DNA from: an uncultured Dehalococcoidia bacterium
GTDB lineage: Bacteria > Chloroflexota > Dehalococcoidia > DSTF01 > JALHUB01
Length of the DNA: 64,000 nucleotides
Assembly: GCA_964565775.1 (NCBI GenBank)
Contig: CAZMGB010000006.1
Coordinates: forward strand, 9,403 to 73,402
Direction of reading: 5' to 3'
Below, in pieces: positions 9,184-18,692 of the stretch (position 1 is its first letter; every line of letters starts with the position of its first letter). A model generated the notes under the pieces. That model saw only the letters and a list, made by a program, of their open reading frames with translations. It was not told the origin of the DNA and ran no database searches. Made by a program: the position numbers and the translations under genes.

Positions 9184-10907
9184 TTAGAGATCAGATCATG
9201 CTGGGACCGGGCAAGAGAGCGAAGTGGTTGCTGCTGGGCGCGGCCCTGCTCATGCTGCCTCTGACGCTGAGCTGCGGAGCATCCTCCGCCACCGAGGCCG
9301 AGGGGCAGAACCCGGTCACGGAGACTATGAGCGCGGCGACCAACCTCGCTGACCAGCATGAGCTGGCCATCGGCAGAGCGTGGGCGATGGCGCAGGTCGC
9401 GACGGCCTGGTTCAACATCGACCCGACGGCAGCGCGACAGGCGGTCGCTGACAGCGTTCAGGCAGCCGAGCAGGCGGCCGCTGGCGGCGACGAGCAGCGC
9501 AGCGTGGCCGCTGACCTTCGAGAGAAGTCGGCTAATTGGACGCCCACCGACTGGCGTGGCGCGATCGCCCTGGCCGAACGAATCGAGCGGAACACGTCCC
9601 GAGCCTGGATCCTGCGTGCGCTGGCCGGCGGACTGGCCGACAAGGACCCCGCCCAGGCCAAGTCTCTCCTGGCCACCGCCCTGGCGATCGCGGAGGCCAA
9701 CCCTCTACCACAGTACCGTGCCGAGGACGAGAGCACGGTGGCAATTGAGCTGGCGAGAATCGACCCTGACGGGGCGCGCAAGGTGGCCGCCGCCATCGGG
9801 GACCCCGCCGCGAAGGCGCGTGCTCTGCGAGAGATGTCAACGCGCCTCGCGGAGACGGACCCGAAGCTTGCGGGCACCGTCCTGGCGGACGCAATCAGCG
9901 CCGCGCGCGAGATCAGCGACCCCTATGATCGAGCCTGGGCTCTGCGCGAGTCGGCCCTTCTCCCGATGGTAGACGCCGCACAGGCCCGGCAGCTCCTCGC
10001 CGAGGCCGAGGACGCAGCAGGGCAGATCGAGGGAGTTGAGCCTCAGGCGTTCGCGCTCAGCGACATCGCTGTAGCGTGGGCGACGCTGGACCCGGACGAG
10101 GCGATGGCAGTCGTCGATGGCATCACTTCCGACTATCCCGAGGCACGTGTGGCGGCGCTGGTCGGCATCGCCGAGGCGCGAGTCTCAGCCTCGGACCCGG
10201 CAGGAGCCAAGGACGCTCTCGAGCGAGCCCTCAAGGAGAACGAGCGGGTCCTGGACACGTACGAGCAGGCCCAGGCCGTTAATGCCGTTGTCGCTGACAT
10301 GGCAACGCTGGACCGGGAGCGAGCGGTCTCGATCGCGCAGCAAATCGAGGACCCGTACCTTCAGGCTGATGCCCTGCGCGTCCTCGCCCTCGCAGCGGCC
10401 GACGAGGACGCCGACGCTGCGCTGTCTCTGGCGGACGCTATCCAGCCCGAGTTCATCCGCGTCGAGGTGTTGACCGCCATCGGCGAGAAGGTGGCGGCGG
10501 TTGATCCGGAGAACGCCGTCACCATCTTCCAGCAGGCCCTGAGCCAGGCCGGCGACCTCAAAGACACCTACCCGCTGCTTCGGCTGGCGAGCGCCTGGGC
10601 TCCGCTGGACCCGGCGAAGGCCCTGGAGGTCGCCAACAAGGTGGGGGACGACGGCGAGCGGGTGCAGGCCCTGGGGAACGTCGCCCTTGCTATGCTGGCG
10701 ACGGATCCGGAGGAGGCCGACGTCACGTTTGAGACGGCACAGGAGACGGCTCAAAGTATCAAGAGCGAGGGCGACCCGTTCGCAGCCGCCACCGCCCTGC
10801 GGGGTCTGGCAGCTCTCTGGTCGTCAGTCGACAAAGCCAAAGCCGGGCGCCTCTATGCCGCCGCTTTCGAGGCAGCCGCCGCTGTGCAGATTGAGCCCAC
10901 GGGCTGA
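9180..10907 (+). CDS. Ala-rich HEAT/alpha-solenoid-like repeat lipoprotein
   Basis: Lipobox (LTLSCG), then about 15 degenerate 30-35 aa helical repeats (..W A.. DP..A......I.DP..RA.AL). The start may be ATG 9198. Confidence 0.5.
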   Translation: MIRDQIMLGPGKRAKWLLLGAALLMLPLTLSCGASSATEAEGQNPVTETMSAATNLADQHELAIGRAWAMAQVATAWFNIDPTAARQAVADSVQAAEQAAAGGDEQRSVAADLREKSANWTPTDWRGAIALAERIERNTSRAWILRALAGGLADKDPAQAKSLLATALAIAEANPLPQYRAEDESTVAIELARIDPDGARKVAAAIGDPAAKARALREMSTRLAETDPKLAGTVLADAISAAREISDPYDRAWALRESALLPMVDAAQARQLLAEAEDAAGQIEGVEPQAFALSDIAVAWATLDPDEAMAVVDGITSDYPEARVAALVGIAEARVSASDPAGAKDALERALKENERVLDTYEQAQAVNAVVADMATLDRERAVSIAQQIEDPYLQADALRVLALAAADEDADAALSLADAIQPEFIRVEVLTAIGEKVAAVDPENAVTIFQQALSQAGDLKDTYPLLRLASAWAPLDPAKALEVANKVGDDGERVQALGNVALAMLATDPEEADVTFETAQETAQSIKSEGDPFAAATALRGLAALWSSVDKAKAGRLYAAAFEAAAAVQIEPTG

Positions 10908-10922
10908 TAGGGGAAGGGAACA

Positions 10923-12170
10923 ATGGTGAGCACATCGGTGCCAGCGGGCGAGACCATCGGACTGATCAAGCCGGACGAGAAGTTCATTCGAGAGGTCATG
11001 CAGCGAGGGGGGGAGTCCGTCAAGAAGTGCTTCCAGTGTGGTACCTGCTCGGTCACGTGCGAGCTAACCTACGCGCGAGAGGGCGCCTCGTTCCCCCGCC
11101 AGCAGATCCTGTGGACGCAGTGGGGTCTGAAGGATAGGGTCCTGAGCGACCCCGCCATCTGGCAGTGTTACCAGTGTAACGACTGCTCAGCCAACTGCCC
11201 CCGGGGAGCGAAGCCGGGAGATGTGCTGGCGGCCGTGAGGAGCGTTGCTATCGAGCGCTTGTCCCCGCCCAGCTTTATTTCGAGGCTGTTCTGGGATCCC
11301 CGGGGCCTGCCGCTCATCTTCGGAATACCGGCGGCTATCCTGGTCGTGTTGGTGGCCGCCTTGCAGGGCTTCAGCTTCCCCAAGGGGGAGATCGAGTACG
11401 ACCGGTTCATCTCGTCGCGGGCCATAGAGATAGCGGCAAGCCTCGTGGTCGCGTACGCCGTGGTGGTGGCGGGCCTGGGGTTGCTGCGGTTCTGGAGAGA
11501 GCTGCGGACGACGTCCGGTATGCGGTTGCTGGCCGGACCCATGGTTCCGGTGGCGGAGCCTGCCGTAGCCGAGCCAGCAGAGGTATCGGACGGTCCAGGC
11601 GCGATGGCTGCCTCGGCAGGTGGGGCGAGCCTCGGGGAGAGTCTGGCATCGACCGGCACTGACATTGTGATGCACACCTCCTTCCGTCAGTGTAAGACGG
11701 ACTGGTTGAGGTTATGGGGGCACCTGGGGGTGTTCTACGGCACGCCGTTCCTGCTGCTGGCCGCAGGCATAGCTGCGATCTACACGTTTACCGGGGCGGA
11801 GGTGCAGCGTCCACCGAGCGACGTGGCGAAGATATTCGGGAATCTGGGTGGACTGCTGGTCTTCGCCGGACTCTGCGTTCTCGTCTACAACAGGTTTCGA
11901 GCCAAGAAGGGCACGTGGGGGCGAGGCTCATATGCGGACTGGTTCTTCATTGTGCTGGTGTTCCTGCTGGTGGTGACGGGCGCGCTTATGGAGGTGGCAC
12001 GGTACGCGGGGAGTGCTTCGGCGGCCTATTCACTGTACATGGTCCACCTGGTCTTCGTCTTTGCAGCGTTCGTTTACGCGCCCTACGGGAAGTTCGCCCA
12101 CGCCTTCTATCGAGCAGCGGCGCTAGCGTACACGAAACTGAGGGTGCCTCGCGGGGCTACGGCTACCTAG
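10923..12170 (+). CDS. QmoC-like protein (HdrC-type 2x[4Fe-4S] domain fused to NarI/HdrE-like membrane domain)
   Basis: CFQCGTCSVTC and CYQCNDCSANCP motifs followed by at least 5 hydrophobic helices with conserved His. Confidence 0.6.
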   Translation: MVSTSVPAGETIGLIKPDEKFIREVMQRGGESVKKCFQCGTCSVTCELTYAREGASFPRQQILWTQWGLKDRVLSDPAIWQCYQCNDCSANCPRGAKPGDVLAAVRSVAIERLSPPSFISRLFWDPRGLPLIFGIPAAILVVLVAALQGFSFPKGEIEYDRFISSRAIEIAASLVVAYAVVVAGLGLLRFWRELRTTSGMRLLAGPMVPVAEPAVAEPAEVSDGPGAMAASAGGASLGESLASTGTDIVMHTSFRQCKTDWLRLWGHLGVFYGTPFLLLAAGIAAIYTFTGAEVQRPPSDVAKIFGNLGGLLVFAGLCVLVYNRFRAKKGTWGRGSYADWFFIVLVFLLVVTGALMEVARYAGSASAAYSLYMVHLVFVFAAFVYAPYGKFAHAFYRAAALAYTKLRVPRGATAT

Positions 12171-12184
12171 GGAGGTGCCGTCCA

Positions 12185-12481
12185 GTGCGGTTCAAGGCGG
12201 CCTGGCAGGGACTCGTGCTGGCGATCTTGATGGGCCTCCTGGCATGGCACACTATCTCCTGGCACATGAACGGCCAGCACGGAGCCCTCTTCGATGGCAT
12301 CGGTGAAAGCTGGTGGGACACCACGAAGGCGGTCGGCTACTACGTCGGCCTGATGACAGCGACGGGGGCACTGCTTGGCCTCTTCATGGAGAGGCTGACC
12401 GACTTCATCGGATATGAGGTGAAGAAGATAGAACACTTCGAAGACAGCGAGGGGTCCGCGCCCAGAGAACAGGCGCAATGA
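12185..12481 (+). CDS. small two-TM membrane protein
   Basis: GTG start 9 nt after GGAGG; the stop overlaps the start of the next permease (ATGA). Its position and topology match the 106-aa ORF at 23234..23554, which also precedes a TauE paralog. Confidence 0.5.
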   Translation: MRFKAAWQGLVLAILMGLLAWHTISWHMNGQHGALFDGIGESWWDTTKAVGYYVGLMTATGALLGLFMERLTDFIGYEVKKIEHFEDSEGSAPREQAQ

Positions 12482-13551
12482 TCACATTTCCGGAAATACC
12501 CGGCACTGAGATATCGATACCCCTCCTGGTGTTCATCGGCTTCACAATCGGCATCGTTGGTGGGTTCATTGGCGTGGGCGGCGGCTTCATGGTCACCCCA
12601 GCCCTCATCGTGCTGGGCTTTCCGGCGAACTTCGCTGTCGGCACGGACACCACTCACATCGCAGGGAAGTCCATCATAGCCACGCTGCGGCACTCCCAAC
12701 TAGGCAACGTAGACGTGAAGCTGGGCCTGATAATGGCCGTTGGAACCATCGCCGGAGCGGAAGGAGGTGTCCGCTTCATTAACTGGCTGCAAGCCCGCGG
12801 GATCGGTGAACAGGTGGTGCTGGCTGCCTCACTTTGCCTCATGGCGAGCATTGCCATCCTGACCTATCGGGAGACGATGGCGGCCAGGCGGCGGATGGAG
12901 GCTATAAAAGCTGCCGGCAAGGCGATCCCGCGCGACGAGCAGGCCAGGGGCATCGCGAAGAAGCTGCAGAGCATCCCCCTGTGGCCGATGATCTACCTCC
13001 CAACGTCGAGGGTTGTCGTTTCCTTCTGGACGGTGACGACCATCGGGGCGTTCACAGGCTTCCTGTCCGGCTTCTTTGGCGTCGGCGGCGGGTTCATCCG
13101 GGTGCCGGCGCTGATCTACCTCCTGGGGATGCCTTCCCTCATCGCGGTCGGGACAGACCTCTTCTCGATCATAATATCCTCCGGCTACAGCACTATCCGC
13201 CACGGGATGAGCCACAACGTGGTCATCTTCGCCGCCTTCATCATGATTTTTGGTGCGGCCATCGGCGCTCAGATCGGTGCGCTCGGGACTGCGTATGTGA
13301 GAGGGCCAGGGATTCGACTTATCCTTGCCGTTGCGGTGACCATCGGTGCCGCGGGCGCGGCGCTGAAGCTGGTCGACGTGCTTACCGACCAGACCTACGC
13401 CTTCCTTGGCATGGGATCGAAGATCGTTGCGTTTGGCGGCATGGGCATTCTAGTGTCGTTGATCATCGCCCTGGTGGGGATGGCCGTTGTGCTCCAACGG
13501 GCGCGTATTAGCGCGCCATCCTGGGCTGAAACGCTGATTGTGGTACACTAG
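12478..13551 (+). CDS. TauE/SafE (TSUP, DUF81) family anion permease, paralog 0
   Basis: Two 4-TM halves, each with a GxGGGF motif (GVGGGFMVTPAL, GVGGGFIRVPAL), joined by a long charged central loop. Confidence 0.8.
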   Translation: MITFPEIPGTEISIPLLVFIGFTIGIVGGFIGVGGGFMVTPALIVLGFPANFAVGTDTTHIAGKSIIATLRHSQLGNVDVKLGLIMAVGTIAGAEGGVRFINWLQARGIGEQVVLAASLCLMASIAILTYRETMAARRRMEAIKAAGKAIPRDEQARGIAKKLQSIPLWPMIYLPTSRVVVSFWTVTTIGAFTGFLSGFFGVGGGFIRVPALIYLLGMPSLIAVGTDLFSIIISSGYSTIRHGMSHNVVIFAAFIMIFGAAIGAQIGALGTAYVRGPGIRLILAVAVTIGAAGAALKLVDVLTDQTYAFLGMGSKIVAFGGMGILVSLIIALVGMAVVLQRARISAPSWAETLIVVH

Positions 13552-13571
13552 CCGGTCGGAGCGCGACCGGC
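13551..13571 (+). terminator. GC hairpin directly after the permease stop (GCCGGTCG-GAGCG-CGACCGGC), no U tract
   Basis: Perfect 8-bp stem read directly, followed by a 200-bp gap before the next gene. Confidence 0.3.
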
Positions 13572-13771
13572 CAAAGGGACTATTGGGCTTGCGCGGGACG
13601 ATGGCCGAGGACAACGCGGTGCTCTACGGGGCGATTGCGTTGGGCACCGCCATCGGTCGACTATGGGGTTCATGCTCCCCCAGAGGAATGCTGACCAGTC
13701 ACTCGATAGACACCGGGCTCTGATGCGGGAGGTGTGGGAGAGAGTCGGCACCGTAGCGGCTAGGCAGGAGG

Positions 13772-14692
13772 TTGACGACAATGAGCGGAGTAGGGATCGT
13801 GCAGGTGTTTGCCTATGTGGCTGCGGCGGTGTTCTTGCTTGGGATGGTGCGACGGGGCCTAAGGTACGCCCGCGCGCCGATGCACCTCCGCTGGGAGCTC
13901 TACCCGTTGCCTCACGAAGGGGGAAAGGACGGCTCCTACTTCGAGGAGCTGGACTGGTGGAAGAAGAAGCCGCGGCACTCCTCCCTTATCGGCGAGCTGA
14001 AGGTCATGCTGCCCGAGATACTCCTGCTGGTGGGGTTGTGGAAGCATAATCGCAAGCTGTGGTTCGTCTCGTTCCCCTTCCATGCGGGCCTCTACGCGAC
14101 GATTCTCTTCCTGGTGCTGCTACTGGGCGGTGGAATCGCGCAGGCCGCGGGAGCGCCGGTCACGGCTCACTCCAACACCGCAGCGCTCTACTATGCTACA
14201 ATAGTAGTAGGTGTCGTGGGGTTCGTTTCCGTGGGCCTTGGAGCCCTTGGCCTGCTGGTGATGCGGCTGACGGATCCAGGCCTACGTTTGTACGCTGTCC
14301 CTGCCGACTACTTCAACCTGGGGCTCATCCTGGCGATGGCACTGCTGGCGTTCGCTTCGTGGCTCTCCATCGACCAGTCGTTCACCCAGGTGCGCGAGTA
14401 CGCTCAGGGGCTGGTGTCCTTCGAGCAGCCTGCTGACACGAGCGCCCTCATAGTGGCGCAATCACTGATTCTGACCGTGTTCCTGATCTATTTGCCGTTT
14501 ACGCACATGACCCACTTTCTAGGCAAGTTCTTTACGTATCACTTCGTGCTGTGGGACGACGCTCCAAACCTCAGGGGCGGCGCCTATGAGCGTGTTATCG
14601 CTGACCTTCTCCAGAGGCCCGTTGCCTGGTCGGCTCCGCACGTGCAGTCTGGTAAGAGCTGGGCCGAAGTGGCTACGGAGGTCGAGGAATGA
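13772..14692 (+). CDS. DsrM/NarI-like heme-b membrane protein, second copy
   Basis: 306-aa polytopic protein of the NarI-gamma-like family. It overlaps the following HdrD-like gene by 4 nt. Confidence 0.7.
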   Translation: MTTMSGVGIVQVFAYVAAAVFLLGMVRRGLRYARAPMHLRWELYPLPHEGGKDGSYFEELDWWKKKPRHSSLIGELKVMLPEILLLVGLWKHNRKLWFVSFPFHAGLYATILFLVLLLGGGIAQAAGAPVTAHSNTAALYYATIVVGVVGFVSVGLGALGLLVMRLTDPGLRLYAVPADYFNLGLILAMALLAFASWLSIDQSFTQVREYAQGLVSFEQPADTSALIVAQSLILTVFLIYLPFTHMTHFLGKFFTYHFVLWDDAPNLRGGAYERVIADLLQRPVAWSAPHVQSGKSWAEVATEVEE

Positions 14693-16359
14693 CAGTCGAA
14701 CAAGAGACGGCGGAAGAAGAACGAGGCGTAGCGGTCAGTCAGCCGCCTCCATGCATCCAGACGACCATACGTGACCCGGGCCGCGTCCGCGCTCAGCTCG
14801 TCGAGCTCGACCCGGCACGGTTCATGCCGCTGCCCTATCCCTACAACACGCCGGACAGCCAGCGCCCTCTGAAGCCCCTGACCGAAAGCGCACAGCAGAA
14901 CCTGGAGTGCGATCTGGACGGCACCACCGCCATCCAGATAGCGCGGCCAAAGACGCGGGCGCAGGAGGAGGAGCTGGTAGCGAAGTTCATCAACGGGCTC
15001 AGGAAGCTCTTCTCCGCCAACGACAACTGGACCTTCCTGCAACCGCTGCTGCTGCGTCTGGACTACTGCGCCAAATGCCAGGCCTGCGCCGAGGCGTGTC
15101 CCGTCTACCTGTCCAGCGGCCGGCAGGAGATCTACCGACCGACCTACCGGTCCGAGATGTTCCGCAGGATCGTCAAGAAGTACGTGATGCCGGGCGGGTT
15201 CCTGAGCGGCTTCACGGCCGGGGGCATCGACCTGAACTGGCCGATGCTGGCGCGGCTGGCCGAGCTGTCATATCGCTGCACCATTTGCCGCCGCTGCGCG
15301 AAGTTCTGCCCCATCGGCATCGGCAACGCGCTGATCACGCGGGAGATCCGGGAGGTGTTCAGCCAGGAGCTGGGGATCGCCCCCGCCGAGCTCCACAGGC
15401 TGGGTTCGGTGCAGCACCTCAAGGTCGGCTCCAGCACGGGCATGACACCGCCTGCCTTCGCCGACACGGTGGAGTTCATGGAGGAGGATGTGGAGGAGCG
15501 GGCAGGCATGAAGTTCAAGTGGCCCATAGACAAGCAGGGCGCCGACATCCTGCTCATCCACAATGCGGGCGAGTTCCTGTCCTGGCCGGAGAACGCGGAG
15601 GCCTTCGCCATCATCATGGAGGCGGCCGGCATCAGCTATACCCTCTCCAGCGAGATGCTTGGCTACGACGCCGTCAACTACGGTCTCTGGTACGACGATG
15701 TCCAGCTCGCGCGTGTGGCGGTCAAGCACGCCGAGATCGCCAAGAAGCTGGGGGTGAAGAAGATCGTCATTGGAGAGTGCGGTCATGCCCACAAGGCCCT
15801 CGCTGTCATCGCTGATCGGGTCCTGACGGGCGACCTGAACATCCCGCGTGAGAGCTGCTTCACTTTGCTGGAGAGCATCGTCGAGAGCGGGCGGCTCAAG
15901 CTCGACCCGGACCGGAACGACTTCCCCGTCACCCTCCACGACCCCTGCAACATCGTGCGTTTGATGGGCGTCGTGGAACCGCAGCGGCGGGTGCTGCGGA
16001 AGATCGCGCCCCAATTCCGGGAGATGTACCCGAACCGGACGGAGAACTACTGCTGCGGCGGCGGCAGCGGCTTCGCTATCATGCAGGGGCTGAACTTCCC
16101 GGACTGGCGGTCGGCGATCTCCGGAAGGATGAAGTTCAAGCAGGTCCTGGAGGCGTTCCAGGACACGAAGCTGGACGATGGGTCGAGTCCCAAGTACGTG
16201 TGCTCCCCCTGCTCCAACTGCAAAGGCCAGTTCAGGGGCGTCTTCGAGTACTTCGATGCTACCAACAAGTGCGGTCTTCAGTACGGCGGGCTGGTGGAGC
16301 TGATCGTGAACGCGATGGTGGACATGCCAAAGCCGTTCATGGAGTGGGAGCAGGCATAG
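14689..16359 (+). CDS. DsrK/HdrD-like FeS protein with CCG domains, second copy
   Basis: CAKCQACAEACP and CTICRRCAKFCP FeS motifs plus CCG motifs (YCCGGGSG, CSPCSNC). Confidence 0.8.
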   Translation: MTVEQETAEEERGVAVSQPPPCIQTTIRDPGRVRAQLVELDPARFMPLPYPYNTPDSQRPLKPLTESAQQNLECDLDGTTAIQIARPKTRAQEEELVAKFINGLRKLFSANDNWTFLQPLLLRLDYCAKCQACAEACPVYLSSGRQEIYRPTYRSEMFRRIVKKYVMPGGFLSGFTAGGIDLNWPMLARLAELSYRCTICRRCAKFCPIGIGNALITREIREVFSQELGIAPAELHRLGSVQHLKVGSSTGMTPPAFADTVEFMEEDVEERAGMKFKWPIDKQGADILLIHNAGEFLSWPENAEAFAIIMEAAGISYTLSSEMLGYDAVNYGLWYDDVQLARVAVKHAEIAKKLGVKKIVIGECGHAHKALAVIADRVLTGDLNIPRESCFTLLESIVESGRLKLDPDRNDFPVTLHDPCNIVRLMGVVEPQRRVLRKIAPQFREMYPNRTENYCCGGGSGFAIMQGLNFPDWRSAISGRMKFKQVLEAFQDTKLDDGSSPKYVCSPCSNCKGQFRGVFEYFDATNKCGLQYGGLVELIVNAMVDMPKPFMEWEQA

Positions 16360-16402
16360 GGGCCTCGTCGGCAGCGCGGGAAGCGAGCACGGAGGGCACG
16401 TC

Positions 16403-16747
16403 ATGGCCGAAGCGAAGAAGAAAGTCTTCCTGCTGGGATCCGAAGGCTGCGGCGCCGGCGACCCTGACCTGGGCTACGAGATCATGATGGTGGTGCTGGG
16501 GGCCCTAGCCGAGCGCGACGACAGGCCCGCGGCCATCATCTGCTGGAATACTGCCGTGAAGCTACTCACCGCGGATTCGCCCGTCGTGCCACATCTCAAG
16601 GCGATAGAGGCGAAGGGCACCAAGATTCTGGCCGGGCAGTTGTGCGTAAACGCGTTGCAGTTGGAGGGGAAGCTTGCCGTGGGGGAGGTCGCCACGCTCG
16701 GCCAGATATTCGACCTCATCCTCCACGAAGACGTCGTCAGCCTCTGA
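16403..16747 (+). CDS. DsrE/DsrF-like small sulfur-relay-type protein (weak call)
   Basis: 114 aa with an alpha/beta pattern, conserved Cys positions (GSEGCG, AIICWN, QLCVNA) and sulfur-gene context. Not verified. Confidence 0.45.
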   Translation: MAEAKKKVFLLGSEGCGAGDPDLGYEIMMVVLGALAERDDRPAAIICWNTAVKLLTADSPVVPHLKAIEAKGTKILAGQLCVNALQLEGKLAVGEVATLGQIFDLILHEDVVSL

Positions 16748-16952
16748 GCCAACCGGGGCGCGATGTAGGTGAACAGTCCCCCCCGTCCTCACAAGCCACC
16801 CCTCGCTTTCAGGAGACACCCGTACCGTGGTCGTTCGTGGCGGCTGCGCCCGCGTGGGGCCACACTACCCAGCGGCCATCAGGCTCGCGGATGAGCCTGC
16901 TGCCTCCCGGAGAGGCATTTCCTTGACAAGTATGGGGAGCGGACCTCGCCCA

Positions 16953-17735
16953 CTAGCGGCACAATCGTGCCCACCAGTCGCGTGTCATCGACTGCTGGGC
17001 GCTCGACAGCACCCTCCCCTTGGGAGACCTGCCGGATTCGCGCTTCCCCCTTGACGAGCGGCCCCTAGCGGGAGACGCTGAGAGGTCACCCGTGATCGTC
17101 GCCGCAGCATCATCCTCGGACTTAGCATCCGTGAGGCGCTCCCACCAGTTGCGTGTCAGCAACTGCTGCGCGCTCGACAGCATTCTCCCCTTGGGAGACC
17201 TGCCGGATTCGCGCTTCCTCCTTGACGAGCGGCCCCTAGCGGGAGACGCTGAGAGGCCACCGGCGATAGTCGCCGCAGCATCGTCTTCGGACTCGGCATC
17301 CGTGAGGCGCTCCCACCAGTCACGTGTCAGCAACTGCTGCGCTATCGACAGCTCTCGTCCGCTGCCATATCTCCTCGTGCCCGGGAGACCGGATATGCGA
17401 CGCGCAGTCATCAGGCCACCGGGGAAGAGGCGCGAAAACTGCCTCTTCGTCATGCCCAGCGCGTTGCAGGTGTAGCGGAGAGAAGCCGCGTTGCCGGTGG
17501 CTTCATAGTAGCTCCGCATGTAGTCGATGACGCGCCAGTGGTCGCTCGTCAGCTCATGGGCCCAGTCCCTCAGCCCTTGACGACGGGCCAGGTACAGGGC
17601 GGCTCCCGGGGTCCACTGAGAGGGGTCTATCATGAAGCCCCGCTCATTGACCTCAACAGGCGTCTCCCATACCACTGCGACAGCCTCAGTCGCTGCTCGC
17701 ATCTTGTTACCCTGGACGGTTGTCATCCTATTCAT
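16953..17735 (-). CDS. DsrC/TusE-like protein lacking both redox Cys, with a repeated WWERLT tail (cassette 1)
   Basis: Start re-called to ATG 17735 (RBS GAGGGAGGTGGG), matching the paralog N-termini (MNRMTTV). The DsrC fold region is NERGFMIDPSQW...HWRVIDYMRSYY. The C-terminus reads ARRISGLPGTRRYG in place of ACKIAGLPKPTGCV, followed by three copies of the AQQLLTRxWWERLT motif. Confidence 0.75.
   Translation of the reverse strand: MNRMTTVQGNKMRAATEAVAVVWETPVEVNERGFMIDPSQWTPGAALYLARRQGLRDWAHELTSDHWRVIDYMRSYYEATGNAASLRYTCNALGMTKRQFSRLFPGGLMTARRISGLPGTRRYGSGRELSIAQQLLTRDWWERLTDAESEDDAAATIAGGLSASPARGRSSRRKRESGRSPKGRMLSSAQQLLTRNWWERLTDAKSEDDAAATITGDLSASPARGRSSRGKRESGRSPKGRVLSSAQQSMTRDWWARLCR
16971..17350. 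repeat. 171-bp in-frame tandem repeat (2 full units plus a partial third)
   Basis: Unit starts (ccaccagt...) lie at 16971, 17142 and 17313. The units are nearly identical and encode a 57-aa tail unit. Confidence 0.8.
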
Positions 17736-17852
17736 AATCCCACCTCCCTCGGCCGTCTCCGGCCCGCTACCGAGCTGTGCACTGTTGGAGCGAGCTCTCG
17801 ACCAGCCGCTCGTGGGCGCTACCTCTTCTGAACCAGTCACCCGGCCGGAGCA

Positions 17853-18692
17853 CTAGTGCCCGCCCCGACGGGGGAACACGAACCCAATCGTAAGCCCCAT
17901 GGCGACGGCGATGGCAAGGGACATGGCGCCGTAGAGCGGAGCGTTGTCTTTGGACATAGTCCCAAGCGAGTCCACCACTCCAACCTTCTCGACGTTGAAG
18001 GTCGTCGCGTCGGATCCTACGACCTCACCGTTTCTCACGTAGTAAGCCTGCACGCTGTAGTCGCCCAACGGGGCATCGGACGGCAGGCTCATGAACGTCT
18101 CCCAGTCACCGCCATCGTCAAGCCGGATGATGCCGCCGCTGGGTGTAGCATCGCACTCCGCGGCTTCGACCTCGTGATAGCACACCCACGGCGTATACCG
18201 ACCGTCTCTGATATACATGTCGCGCAGGGCTGACACGAACTCCATCGCCTTCTCTTCCGTGAGCGGGCTTCCCTCGGCCGTGTCCACCGCCTGTGCTTCG
18301 TCCATAATCGAGGTGGCCGCCGGATCCACGCCCAGCCGGACCTGCGCCTCTCTGCCCAGGAGCACATCCACGGGCTTCGAACTCTGGATCACGTGGATGG
18401 TCGGCACGTTCTTCACCTTGGCTTGGTCGACCGTCATCCAGACCAGGCCCATTACTCTGCCCTTCTTGCTGATCTTGACCGAGTCCGCTGGGCCGTCGAC
18501 CACCACCACGATCTCCGCACCTCCGGGCGCGCTCCCGTAGATGCTCACGTCGGCGCCTCCGAAGTTCAGCCCGACCTTCACAGTCTCGGGTGAGACGCTC
18601 AGGCTCGCTTCCGCGCCAGCTCGCGCCACTACCGACGTAGCGGCGAAGAACGCACTCAGGAGAACGGCCGCAATGACTGCCGCTGCACGCAT
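17853..18692 (-). CDS. exported protein with C-terminal TM anchor, possibly TIGR02186/Alph_Pro_TM-like (cassette 1)
   Basis: Signal peptide, a beta-rich body and a C-terminal helix ending GFVFPRRGGH. Its start overlaps the permease stop (TGATG). Paralog of 24818..25681. Confidence 0.6.
   Translation of the reverse strand: MRAAAVIAAVLLSAFFAATSVVARAGAEASLSVSPETVKVGLNFGGADVSIYGSAPGGAEIVVVVDGPADSVKISKKGRVMGLVWMTVDQAKVKNVPTIHVIQSSKPVDVLLGREAQVRLGVDPAATSIMDEAQAVDTAEGSPLTEEKAMEFVSALRDMYIRDGRYTPWVCYHEVEAAECDATPSGGIIRLDDGGDWETFMSLPSDAPLGDYSVQAYYVRNGEVVGSDATTFNVEKVGVVDSLGTMSKDNAPLYGAMSLAIAVAMGLTIGFVFPRRGGH

Noticed and set aside
15268-16404. 378-aa minus-strand ORF, and similar long antisense ORFs at 55817..56848, 57318..58370, 59480..60313 and 61934..63190
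   Set aside because: Each is fully nested antisense to a gene with strong motifs (CCG protein, NarH-like beta, CrtI-family flavoproteins). They have no RBS and GC-shadow composition.
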